Shown: piece after piece, positions 26,724 to 35,090 of the stretch
Position numbering within the stretch: the first letter of the stretch is position 1
Layout of the letters: the number at the start of each line of letters is the position of its first letter
DNA from: Acidobacteriota bacterium
GTDB taxonomy: Bacteria; Acidobacteriota; Vicinamibacteria; Vicinamibacterales; CAVVIG01
Assembly: GCA_043759095.1 (NCBI GenBank)
Contig: JAYVMG010000627.1
Location: forward strand, 1-35,090
Length of the DNA stretch: 35,090 nucleotides
Direction: 5' to 3'
The notes under the pieces: generated by a model
The model's database searches: none
Seen by the model: the letters and a program-made list of their open reading frames with translations, nothing else
Told to the model about the DNA's origin: nothing
Made by a program: the position numbers and the translations under genes

Positions 26724-28123
26724 GGCGTCGAACCGCGCTCATCGCCGTCGTCCTCGCTCTTGCCGCTGCGCGCGCGGACGCGCGGACCTGGCTCGTCGGC
26801 GGCGCTGGCGCGGACTTTCCGCTGATCGCGCCAGCGATAGCGGCTGCGTCAGCGGGAGACGTCGTCCGCGTGCGTGGCGGCGTCTATCGTGAAGACCTGG
26901 TTCTCGACAAGTCCATCACCCTCACAGGCGAAGGGCATCCGACGCTGTTTGGCACTGGCCTCGGGTCGGTCATCACCATCACGGCGCCGGGATGTGAAGT
27001 GAGGGGGTTCACGATCGAAGGCAGCGGCATCGGCGAGACCAACGAGATGGACGCCGCCGTGCAGGTCCGGTCCAACGGCAATCGCATCGTGGACAACACG
27101 ATGCGTCGAGTGTTTTACGGCGTCGTGCTCGCCGATGCCATGCGGAACGAGATCGCCGACAACGACATTCAGGGCTTGCGTGACCTTGCCTTCGGTCGGC
27201 GCGGCGACGGCATTTATCTGTACCGCGCGCCGGAGAACTTCGTCGCGCGCAACCGCATCTTCGGCGAGCGCGACGGCATCTATTTCCAATATGCCCCGCG
27301 TGGCCGGGCGGTCGACAACGTGGTTTCGGATTCACGTTACGGGCTGCACGACATGTTTTCCGACGACGCGGTGATCGCCAGGAATACGTTCAGCGACTCT
27401 GTCGTCGGAGCCAACATCATGAACTCGCGGAGGGTGCGCCTCGAAGGAAACACGATCTCCCGCAATCGCGGCGTGCCGGGCATCGGTCTGACGCTGAAGG
27501 ATTGCGACGACTCGACGATTCGGCACAACGTGATCGTCGGCAACGCGCGGGGGCTCCTCCTCGACGGATCGTCCGTGAACCGGTTCAGCGACAACACGTT
27601 CCGCGCCAACGACACCGCGGTCACGCTCTTCTCCAGCGCCGAACAGAACGTGTTCAGCGGCAACCGGTTTGTCGACAACTGGAGCGATCTCGTGCTGAGC
27701 GGCCGCGACTCCGGCACACGCTGGACTGCAGACGGGCGCGGCAACTACTGGAGCCGGTATCGCGGCTTCGACTTCGATGGCGATGGGATCGGCGACACGC
27801 CGCATCCGCTCGTCGGCGCGTTCGAGCGTCTCGAAGGAGCAAATCCGGCAGCACGCATCTTTCTGCAAAGCCCCGCGGCGGCCGGTCTGGAACTCGCCGC
27901 ACGACTGAGTGGACGCACGGCGGACGACGCGACTGACGATCGCCCGATGGTGCGCCAGCCGCAACCCGCCCTTCCGGCGTCGTCGCGGCCGACCGCGGGA
28001 ATCGCCGGCGTCGCAGCGCTGCTCATCGTCGGGTGCGCGCTGCGCGTTTCGAGGCGTCAGCGGAGGAAGATCGCCGTCAGCGGCCATCCTGATTCCAGAG
28101 GAATCGATCCATGCTCACACTGA
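26720..28123 (+). CDS. nosD: Periplasmic NosD maturation protein
   Basis: Parallel beta-helix repeats, RGDGIYL, RDGIY, RYGLHDM, GNYWSRYRGFDFDGDGIGD; GTG 26720 overlaps nosB TGA. Confidence 0.93.
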   Translation: MRRRTALIAVVLALAAARADARTWLVGGAGADFPLIAPAIAAASAGDVVRVRGGVYREDLVLDKSITLTGEGHPTLFGTGLGSVITITAPGCEVRGFTIEGSGIGETNEMDAAVQVRSNGNRIVDNTMRRVFYGVVLADAMRNEIADNDIQGLRDLAFGRRGDGIYLYRAPENFVARNRIFGERDGIYFQYAPRGRAVDNVVSDSRYGLHDMFSDDAVIARNTFSDSVVGANIMNSRRVRLEGNTISRNRGVPGIGLTLKDCDDSTIRHNVIVGNARGLLLDGSSVNRFSDNTFRANDTAVTLFSSAEQNVFSGNRFVDNWSDLVLSGRDSGTRWTADGRGNYWSRYRGFDFDGDGIGDTPHPLVGAFERLEGANPAARIFLQSPAAAGLELAARLSGRTADDATDDRPMVRQPQPALPASSRPTAGIAGVAALLIVGCALRVSRRQRRKIAVSGHPDSRGIDPCSH

Positions 28124-28911
28124 CCGGCGTCACGAAGGCCTTCGGCAATCGCCGCGTGCTCGATCACCTCGACCTCGAGATCGGCGCGGGCGAGAGCATC
28201 GCCATGCTCGGCGCGAACGGGTCCGGCAAGACAACGGCGCTGCGCTGCAGCGTCGGGCTGGCGAGGCCGGACGAGGGCCGCATCACCGTTGGCGGCGTCG
28301 ACATGGCGCGCGATCCCATTGGCGCGCGAGGCCGCCTCAGTTACCTGCCGCAGAAGTCGGTCTTTCCGGCGACGCTGACCGTGCGCGAGACGCTGGCGGT
28401 AGTGGCGCGGCTGCGCGGGATTCCGGCCGTCGCCGTCGATCGCGAGCTCGACGCGTGCGGCCTCGTTGCGCTGGCGGACCGCGGCGTCGGCCACCTGTCC
28501 GGCGGAGAGCGGCAACGCCTCGCGATGGCCGTGGCGTTTCTGCCGACGGTCGACGTGTACCTGTTCGACGAACCGTCGGCCAATCTCGATCCCGTGGCGT
28601 CGCGCATGTTATTCCAGCGCGCCAGGCAGCTGAAGCGCGACGGCCACACGCTGCTGTTCACGACGCACATTCCGGCCGACGTGCGTCATCTGGCGACGCG
28701 GATCGTGTTGCTTCGCGACGGACGGATTGAATCCGAAGCGGCCGGACAGTTCGAGCTCCGCCGCTACGAGCGGATGCTGGAGCGCGACATGTGGGGGGAC
28801 GAACATGAAGACGTGGCGCTTGATCCTCGCGTTGCTGCTGGCGTCGGTGTCGGCGGCAGCCTGTGCGAAACGGAGTATGTCGGCCGAGCCGTTGCCGCTC
28901 GATCGCGTTGA
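28111..28911 (+). CDS. nosF: ABC transporter ATPase NosF
   Basis: GANGSGKT, LSGGE, LFDEP, TTH; position after nosD. Confidence 0.9.
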   Translation: MLTLTGVTKAFGNRRVLDHLDLEIGAGESIAMLGANGSGKTTALRCSVGLARPDEGRITVGGVDMARDPIGARGRLSYLPQKSVFPATLTVRETLAVVARLRGIPAVAVDRELDACGLVALADRGVGHLSGGERQRLAMAVAFLPTVDVYLFDEPSANLDPVASRMLFQRARQLKRDGHTLLFTTHIPADVRHLATRIVLLRDGRIESEAAGQFELRRYERMLERDMWGDEHEDVALDPRVAAGVGVGGSLCETEYVGRAVAARSR

Positions 28912-29242
28912 ATGCGCACGGTGCCGGATGCTGATATCAACGGACCGCGGAGGCGGGGAGATCGTGTCGGCGACAGACGACACGCGCTTCTACGACGACA
29001 TCGGCTGTCTCGCGGCCGATTGGGCGGCACATCACGGTGACGCTCGAGCGTTCGTGCGAACCGCGGGCGGGGGATGGACCGACGCGCAGGTCGCGTCGTT
29101 TGCGCAGCCGACCGACGCCAGGACGGCGATGGGCTCCGGTATCGCGGCGTTCGCCGCGGCGGCCGATGCACGCGCCGCCGATCCCACGGGCCGAGTGCTG
29201 ACCTTCGACGATGTCGTGCACCTCTCGGGAGGGCAGCGATGA
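28805..29242 (+). CDS. nosL: NosL copper chaperone lipoprotein
   Basis: MKTWRLILALLLASVSAAAC lipoprotein signal, CARCRM, YDDIGC, TAMGSG. Confidence 0.88.
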   Translation: MKTWRLILALLLASVSAAACAKRSMSAEPLPLDRVECARCRMLISTDRGGGEIVSATDDTRFYDDIGCLAADWAAHHGDARAFVRTAGGGWTDAQVASFAQPTDARTAMGSGIAAFAAAADARAADPTGRVLTFDDVVHLSGGQR

Positions 29243-30066
29243 TGACTCATCTTCTGACGATCGCTCAACTGGAGCTGACAGCGGCCGTCCGGTTGAAGTG
29301 GATCCAGCTGCTGACCGCTGCCTTCGCGTTGCTGGCGGCCGCTGCGGCGTACTCTGCCGGCGTCGCCAATGAGGTCACGGGCGCGGAGGGCTTTGCGCGC
29401 ACTACGATGGCGCTTATTCCGGTCGTGCTCATTCTGGCGCCGCTGTCGGCGCTGATTCTGGGAGTGTCGGGTCAGGCCTCGGAACCGGGCAGCGAGCCGT
29501 TCCTGTTCGGTCAGCCAGTTGGTCGCTCGACTGTTCTGGTTGGTCGTTGGCTCGGCGAATCCGTCGCGCTCGGCGCCTCCATCGTCACCGGCCTGGGGAT
29601 CGGGGGCGTCATCATCGCGTCTGGCAGCGGCGCCGATGGCCTGCTGCGATTCATCTTCTTTGTGCTCTCGTCGGTTGTACTTGCCACGATCTTCCTGTCG
29701 ATCGCCGCCGCGATCGCGTCGGCCACCGACACGCGCGTCGTGGCGCTCGGGGTCGCCACGTTCGCATGGTTCTTCTTTGTGTTGCTCTATGACGGCGCCG
29801 CGCTCTCTCTCGCGGGATGGCTCACGGGATCGCTCGGCGGCCGGATCCTCTTCGGGTCAGTCTTTGGAAATCCGACGGACTTGATTCGTGTGGTTGCACT
29901 ATCGGTGGCGGGCGCCCCCAATGTTCTCGGGGCTGCCGGCGACGCGTGGGTACGCTTCTTAGGCGGGGCGACGGGCGCAGCCGTCGCGGCGATGGTCGCG
30001 CTCACGGTGTGGATGATTGCGCCGCTCCTCCTCGGCGTACGGCTGATCAGCACGCGCGATCTGTAG
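29239..30066 (+). CDS. nosY: ABC transporter permease NosY
   Basis: Multiple TM segments, QPVGR..VLVGRWLG, WFFFVLLYD, NPTDLIR; ATGA overlap with nosL. Confidence 0.88.
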   Translation: MMTHLLTIAQLELTAAVRLKWIQLLTAAFALLAAAAAYSAGVANEVTGAEGFARTTMALIPVVLILAPLSALILGVSGQASEPGSEPFLFGQPVGRSTVLVGRWLGESVALGASIVTGLGIGGVIIASGSGADGLLRFIFFVLSSVVLATIFLSIAAAIASATDTRVVALGVATFAWFFFVLLYDGAALSLAGWLTGSLGGRILFGSVFGNPTDLIRVVALSVAGAPNVLGAAGDAWVRFLGGATGAAVAAMVALTVWMIAPLLLGVRLISTRDL

Positions 30067-30074
30067 GGCGGCCC

Positions 30075-30764
30075 TCAGGACACGGCGACCGTCTCCAGAG
30101 CAGCGCGATCGACGATCACAAACCCATCCTTGTCGGTTCGGACCACGCCATCTTTGCCCCACCGGCTCATGATGCGTATCGACGTCTCAATCGTTGTGCC
30201 GATCATGTCGGCGAGTTCCTGTCGCGACAGCACGAGGGGAATGAAGACGCCCTCATCACGGCGTTGCCCGATGTCTGTGCCCAGCTTCAGAAAGAAGCGT
30301 GCGAGTCGCCCTTCAATGCGGCCGCCCGACAATTCGGTCAGGCGGTTGGTCAGTTCCACCAGACGATGCGTCAGCCCCACCAAGAGACCGCGAACCATGG
30401 TGGGATAGCCCTCGAGCAGCGAGAAGAATGCCTGGCGCGGGATGAGCAGGCAGGAGGTCGGTTCCAGCGCGAGCGCACTGGCTGGATAAGGACGGGCTTC
30501 GTATACGGCCACGGCGCCCACCGGATCTCCCGGACCGAAGAGTTCGAGGATCACATCCGTGCCGCGCGGTGTCGTCTTGAACACTTTCACTCGGCCGGTC
30601 AGGACCGTGTACATCAGGTCTGATCCGTCGCCCTCACTGAACAACGTGGCGCCTTTCTCGAAGGCGCGCACCGTCGCGACGGCCGCCAGGCGTTGCCGGT
30701 CGTCGGGCTTGAGACGGCGGAACAGGACACTCCGGCGCAGGGCGTCGTCGACTAGTTCGGACAT
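30075..30764 (-). CDS. Crp/Fnr family regulator (DNR/NnrR/HcpR-like, no Fe-S Cys cluster)
   Basis: cNMP-type barrel (LFSEGD, GRVKV, YPASA), RLARF, HTH LSRQELADMIGTTIETSIRIMS; only one Cys. Confidence 0.93.
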   Translation of the reverse strand: MSELVDDALRRSVLFRRLKPDDRQRLAAVATVRAFEKGATLFSEGDGSDLMYTVLTGRVKVFKTTPRGTDVILELFGPGDPVGAVAVYEARPYPASALALEPTSCLLIPRQAFFSLLEGYPTMVRGLLVGLTHRLVELTNRLTELSGGRIEGRLARFFLKLGTDIGQRRDEGVFIPLVLSRQELADMIGTTIETSIRIMSRWGKDGVVRTDKDGFVIVDRAALETVAVS

Positions 30765-30779
30765 ATGACGCGGATCATA
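30764..30779. promoter_or_regulatory. Crp/Fnr-type site 3 (ric promoter; overlaps the regulator's own promoter and start)
   Basis: TATGAC-GCGG-ATCATA; centre 30771.5; -10 TACTCT 30801-30806 predicts +1 at 30813, i.e. -41.5. Confidence 0.8.
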
Positions 30780-30826
30780 CCGTCACGTTTGCGGCGCCGC
30801 TACTCTGGATAGGAAACGGAGCTGTC

Positions 30827-31561
30827 ATGAATGAACCATTGACAACGAGAACGGTCGGCGAAGTCGTGTCCGCCGACTTCCGCACCGTCGCGGTGTTCGA
30901 ACAATTTGGCATCGACTTCTGCGGTAGCGGTCGCCGTTCGCTTGAAGATGCCTGTCGTGCGGCCGCGGCCAATCCGGACACCGTGGTCCGCGCCCTTGAT
31001 GCGCTGCCGCCAGCGATCGAAACCAACGACGACGTGACGCGATGGCCGGTTCCGCAGCTGATCGACTTCATTGTGTCGACACATCACGCGTACGTGCGAT
31101 CGGCGATGCCAACGATCGCGAGGCGCCTCGCAAAACTGAACGAGGTGTATAGCTCGCGGCATCCGGAACTCTCGCGTGTGGCCGCGTACTTCGACCAGGT
31201 GCGCCGCGATCTCGAGCAGCACATGCTGAAGGAGGAGCAGGTGCTCTTTCCGTACGTGCGCGATCTCGCCGAATGCGGCGAGAGCTGCGGCTGGACGCGG
31301 AGCCCGTTCGGTACAGTGGAAAATCCGATCCGGATGATGGAGCGAGAGCATCAGGAAGTCGGCGATGCGATGCGTCTGATTGGCGAATTGACCCTTGGCT
31401 ACGCGCCGCCCGAGGACGGCTGCACGACGTATTTGATCGGCATGGCCGAACTCCAGCGTTTCGAGCGCGACCTGCGCCGGCACGTGCATCTGGAGAACAA
31501 TGTGCTGTTTCCCGCTGCCGTGCGGATTGAACAGCGGCTGTGCGGAATCGCCGGAGCCTGA
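30827..31561 (+). CDS. ric: Iron-sulfur cluster repair di-iron protein Ric (YtfE/ScdA/DnrN)
   Basis: ScdA-N-like GIDFC.., hemerythrin ligands THHAY, HMLKEE, REH, HVHLENNVLFP; GGAG RBS. Confidence 0.93.
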   Translation: MNEPLTTRTVGEVVSADFRTVAVFEQFGIDFCGSGRRSLEDACRAAAANPDTVVRALDALPPAIETNDDVTRWPVPQLIDFIVSTHHAYVRSAMPTIARRLAKLNEVYSSRHPELSRVAAYFDQVRRDLEQHMLKEEQVLFPYVRDLAECGESCGWTRSPFGTVENPIRMMEREHQEVGDAMRLIGELTLGYAPPEDGCTTYLIGMAELQRFERDLRRHVHLENNVLFPAAVRIEQRLCGIAGA

Positions 31562-31838
31562 TTGCGACAGACACGCCCGAAGAATTCTCCGGCTATTCGA
31601 AGACACTCAAGGGTTTGCCGACCCGACAGGATCGCTCGAACGCGTCGCCCAGAGGCGCCGCATAGCCTACTCGGCGTGCATGGGCAAGCCTCTCGGGCAT
31701 CATCGGATCCATCGAATTGGACGCATTCCCGATTCAATAATTGATGACAATTGCGACAATCTTCCTGTTTTTCGTAGCCCCATAATGTGACGAAATCGCG
31801 TTCTTGTGGAGCTTGGTGTCCGTCAGGGAGGTATCGGC

Positions 31839-34814
31839 ATGTCTCGTACAGTTCGGGTCACCTTGCTCGCCAGCATGATGCTCCTGGTCAGTGCTGTAGG
31901 TTTCGCGCAAACAGGCGCAATTGCTGGTTCAGTCAAAGACACAACCGGGGCGTTGCTACCCGGAGTCACCGTGGAGGCCGCCAGTCCGTCATTGATTGAA
32001 AAAGTGCGGTCAGTCGTCACCGATGCGCAAGGCGCATACAAGATTATCGACCTGAACCCGGGAACATATACGGTCACATTTGCGCTCGCCGGTTTCACCT
32101 CCATCAAGCGGCAAGGGGTCGACCTGACGTCCGGCACGACCGTCAACGTTTCGATAGAAATGCGCGTCGGCAACATTGAGGAAACCGTGCTCGTGCAAGC
32201 CAGCACGCCATTGGTCGACATTCAAAGCGCCAACCAGTATCGGGCGCTCACACGGGACCAATTGAACGACTTGCCAACCGGTCGTCAGTGGTTCGACTAT
32301 GTCGTACTGATACCCGGAGTCAGTCAAAGCACCCGCGGTCAGGACGTCGGAGGTAATACCGGCGACCAGAGTCAGGCTCTCGCGATTCACGGGAGCATAG
32401 GCAACGAAATGCCACATTTGGTTGACGGGATGCGCTCCGGCAACATCTTCGGCACTGGCGGTGGCACCAACGGCCCTTATCCGGTCAACAACGCCATCAC
32501 TCAGGAAATCGCTGTCGATACGTCTGGGCCCTCTGCCGAATCCGAAGTCAGCGGCATCCGATCCAATATCATTTTCAAGCAGGGCGGAAACAGGTATTCA
32601 GGTTTCTTCTTCGCCAACGGGATGACTCAGGCGTTCCAAGCCAGCAATTTGGATGCGACGTTGATTGCGCGAGGCGCCACCACGCCGACGATTGAAAAGA
32701 AAATGTGGGACCTGAATCCAGGCTTTGGCGGGCCGGTGATTAAAGACAAGATGTGGTTTTACGCCGCCGCCCGATATTATGGCGCCGTCGAGCAGCCGCC
32801 TGGCGCATATTACGCCGTCGATCCGTATGCTGTGCGTTTCACGCCAGATCTGGCCCGAGGCGCTGCGGAAAATCCCCAGCATACCGTGAGCCAGAATGTT
32901 CACGTGACATGGCAAGTGTCGCCGAAAAACAAGATTGTTGCCTACGCAGACGCAAATCAACGATGCATCCCCTGTGCAAACGGGCTTTCTTCAGCCGTTT
33001 CCTTCGAGTCCACCACACAGTTGAAGACGCCAGTGAATCGAATGGTTCAGTTGTCGTGGGTGACGACGATATCGGATCGTCTACTGCTCGAGCTGGGCGA
33101 AACCTACAAACCGGATTCATGGGGATTTTCTGAACAACCCGGCGTCAATGACAAGCTGTCGCCCATTGTCGATTCCGTTCTTGGTATCCAGTATCGAGGT
33201 CCTACGACCGCACAGACACAGCAGACAAGCTTTCAACAGAACGGCATGGCGAAAGTGTCCTACGTCACGGGATCGAGTAGCCTGAAAGTTGGCGCGCAGT
33301 GGTTCAGCGGCACGAGGCGTCGAGATTTCGAGACCCCCAACGATAGCTATTACGGCTTCACGAATGGAGTACCAACCTCGGTGACCGTGCTTGCAACTCC
33401 TTATTCGGCGTGGGAGAACCTGCGACTCAACTTTGCGGCGTATGCGCAGGAGCAATGGACCAAGAAACGGATGACATTGAATCTCGGACTGCGGTACGAC
33501 CACATCAATCTATACATTCCGGCTCAAACGTTGGCGGCCGTCCAGAACGTAGGTCCGCGTTCATTTCCAGAAATCGACGATATTCCAAATTTCAACGACA
33601 TCTCCCCAAGGATAGGCGTGGCGTACGACCTCTTCGGTTCAGGCAAGACTGCTCTCAAAGGAAGCTTGAGTCGATACGTTGAAGGTCTGGCGTCTGGCTT
33701 TCCGGAGGCGGTGAATCCGATTACGCAAAATGCGTCGGCGACGCGTTCGTGGGGTGACACAAACGGCAACTTCATCCCAGACTGCAATTTGAGCAACGCT
33801 GCGGCAAATGGCGAATGCGGACCGGATAGTAACCAGAATTTCGGCAAACCGGTTTTTCCATTCTCTTACGACCCCCGCGTGTCCACGGGGTGGGGCAACA
33901 GAGGTTATAACTGGGAAGCGTCGGTAGGGATTCAACACGAACTTCGCCCTGGGATGTCTGTTGATGTGTCGTATTTCAGGCGATGGTACGGCAACTTTCG
34001 AGTGACTCACAACACCGCAGTGGCAGTGAGCGACTATAGTTCGTACTGCGTCACGGCGCCAACGGACTCGCGGTTACCGACCTCCGGCCAGTCGATCTGC
34101 GGATTCTATGATCTCAACCCGACTGTTCCGTTTGGCACCAACACGAACGTGGTGACGACCGCGAACAATTATGGCGGCATCACGCAACATTTCGACGGGC
34201 TCGACGTCACCGCGAACCTGCGGTTGCCCGGCAAGATTCAGGTGCAAGGCGGCACAAGCACCGGTCGCACGAGTTTGAACTTCTGCAACGTCGTGCGACC
34301 AGATGTGACGCCCTTCGGCGGCACGTATAGTGAGTGGAGCAATCCGTACCCAGCCGGAACGCTCGTTCCAGCCGGTTCGGCATTCTGCGATGTGCATCCG
34401 CCGATGCAGACGCAAGTGAAGCTGATCGGCATGTACAGTTTGCCGTGGTGGGGCGTGCGAACGAGCGTCTCCTTCCAAAGTCTCGGCGGTCCTCAAATTC
34501 TGTCGATCTACGCAGCGCCGGCGGCGACGGTCACCGGACTGGGGCGTTCGCTGGCCGGAGGGGTGAGGACCGTCTCGATTCCTCTCGTCGCGGCCGGAAC
34601 GGTGTACGGAGATCGGCTCAATCAGGTTGATTTTCGGGTGGCAAAGAACATCAACGTGGGGCAAGTGCTGGTTCAGCCGCAACTGGACTTGTACAACATG
34701 CTCAATGCCAATGCCGTATACGGCGTCACCGCTGCGTATGGTCCCGCTTGGACGAGACCGACCCTCATAATGCTCGGCCGGATGCTGAAGTTCGGGGTGC
34801 AACTCACGTTCTGA
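31839..34814 (+). CDS. TonB-dependent outer membrane transporter, Oar-like, with N-terminal carboxypeptidase-regulatory-like domain
   Basis: Signal peptide, G-VKD-TGA-LPGVTVEAASPSLIEK, LNLGLRYD, SPRIGVAYDLFG, C-terminal Phe; GGAGGT RBS before ATG 31839. Confidence 0.9.
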   Translation: MSRTVRVTLLASMMLLVSAVGFAQTGAIAGSVKDTTGALLPGVTVEAASPSLIEKVRSVVTDAQGAYKIIDLNPGTYTVTFALAGFTSIKRQGVDLTSGTTVNVSIEMRVGNIEETVLVQASTPLVDIQSANQYRALTRDQLNDLPTGRQWFDYVVLIPGVSQSTRGQDVGGNTGDQSQALAIHGSIGNEMPHLVDGMRSGNIFGTGGGTNGPYPVNNAITQEIAVDTSGPSAESEVSGIRSNIIFKQGGNRYSGFFFANGMTQAFQASNLDATLIARGATTPTIEKKMWDLNPGFGGPVIKDKMWFYAAARYYGAVEQPPGAYYAVDPYAVRFTPDLARGAAENPQHTVSQNVHVTWQVSPKNKIVAYADANQRCIPCANGLSSAVSFESTTQLKTPVNRMVQLSWVTTISDRLLLELGETYKPDSWGFSEQPGVNDKLSPIVDSVLGIQYRGPTTAQTQQTSFQQNGMAKVSYVTGSSSLKVGAQWFSGTRRRDFETPNDSYYGFTNGVPTSVTVLATPYSAWENLRLNFAAYAQEQWTKKRMTLNLGLRYDHINLYIPAQTLAAVQNVGPRSFPEIDDIPNFNDISPRIGVAYDLFGSGKTALKGSLSRYVEGLASGFPEAVNPITQNASATRSWGDTNGNFIPDCNLSNAAANGECGPDSNQNFGKPVFPFSYDPRVSTGWGNRGYNWEASVGIQHELRPGMSVDVSYFRRWYGNFRVTHNTAVAVSDYSSYCVTAPTDSRLPTSGQSICGFYDLNPTVPFGTNTNVVTTANNYGGITQHFDGLDVTANLRLPGKIQVQGGTSTGRTSLNFCNVVRPDVTPFGGTYSEWSNPYPAGTLVPAGSAFCDVHPPMQTQVKLIGMYSLPWWGVRTSVSFQSLGGPQILSIYAAPAATVTGLGRSLAGGVRTVSIPLVAAGTVYGDRLNQVDFRVAKNINVGQVLVQPQLDLYNMLNANAVYGVTAAYGPAWTRPTLIMLGRMLKFGVQLTF

Positions 34815-34880
34815 TAACCACGCAGGTGCGGTTCCACTCCCTCACCACGCAGGTTCTGCGCGCGATGCCGTTCCGTCTAT

Positions 34881-35090
34881 TCATCCAGTCAAGAATGGCA
34901 CGATGGCACGGGCGACAGATGCCGGCGCCTCTCGCTGTGGAAAATGGCCTACCTTGTCGATCACGATGCGGTGATAGGGAGCCGAGAACAAGCGCTCGCG
35001 GCCTTCCGACGTTTGAGGGCTGTTGCACGTATCGACCCCGCCATGTATCACCAGCGTGGGCACGGTAATGGTTGGCGACGGCTGTAAGCG
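34881..35090 (-). CDS. Alpha/beta hydrolase (epoxide hydrolase-like), C-terminal part; 5' end outside window
   Basis: ITVPTLVIHGGVD and VGHFPQREAP motifs; frame open to the window edge. Confidence 0.85.
   Translation of the reverse strand, partial: RLQPSPTITVPTLVIHGGVDTCNSPQTSEGRERLFSAPYHRIVIDKVGHFPQREAPASVARAIVPFLTG

Noticed and set aside
30075-30764. O2-sensing FNR
   Set aside because: Lacks the Cys cluster needed for a [4Fe-4S] centre.
31731-31760. Possible Fur box upstream of the TonB-dependent transporter
   Set aside because: Only partial, non-palindromic similarity within an AT-rich promoter region.
34817-34854. 11-bp direct repeat ACCACGCAGGT (34817-34827, 34844-34854)
   Set aside because: Only two copies in a convergent gap with no mobile element evidence; cannot assign a function.

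Overview
High-GC bacterial window; the gene repertoire (Oar-like TonB-dependent transporter, DUF4159, secreted M14 peptidase, DUF5666 lipoprotein) suggests Acidobacteriota/Vicinamibacteria, but that is inference. The left 20 kb is a mix of housekeeping and accessory genes: a partial antitoxin, Smr-domain protein, Tat Rieske protein, atypical secreted amidase, ABC-F (Uup-like), TPR-LuxR regulator plus cupin, a 49-aa metallothionein hidden inside a longer ORF-track call, M14 peptidase and an AlgI/AlgJ-like O-acetylation pair. About 20.0-31.6 kb is a nitrous-oxide-reduction / nitrosative-stress locus: DUF59-NnrS-like-cupin operon, radical SAM/SPASM protein, then [di-heme c + CuA-like lipoprotein]-nosZ-nosB-nosD-nosF-nosL-nosY, a convergent Crp/Fnr regulator and ric. 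Most notable: (i) NosZ has clade I-like core motifs in a clade II-type (nosB, no nosR) cluster and a signal peptide one nucleotide from a Tat motif; (ii) the upstream di-heme/CuA fusion is a candidate dedicated electron donor; (iii) a non-canonical palindrome TATGAC-N4-RTCATA occurs three times, each centred at -41.5 from a predicted transcription start, outlining a local regulon. Several genes look leaderless. All family calls are from motif recognition by eye; no database searches were run.
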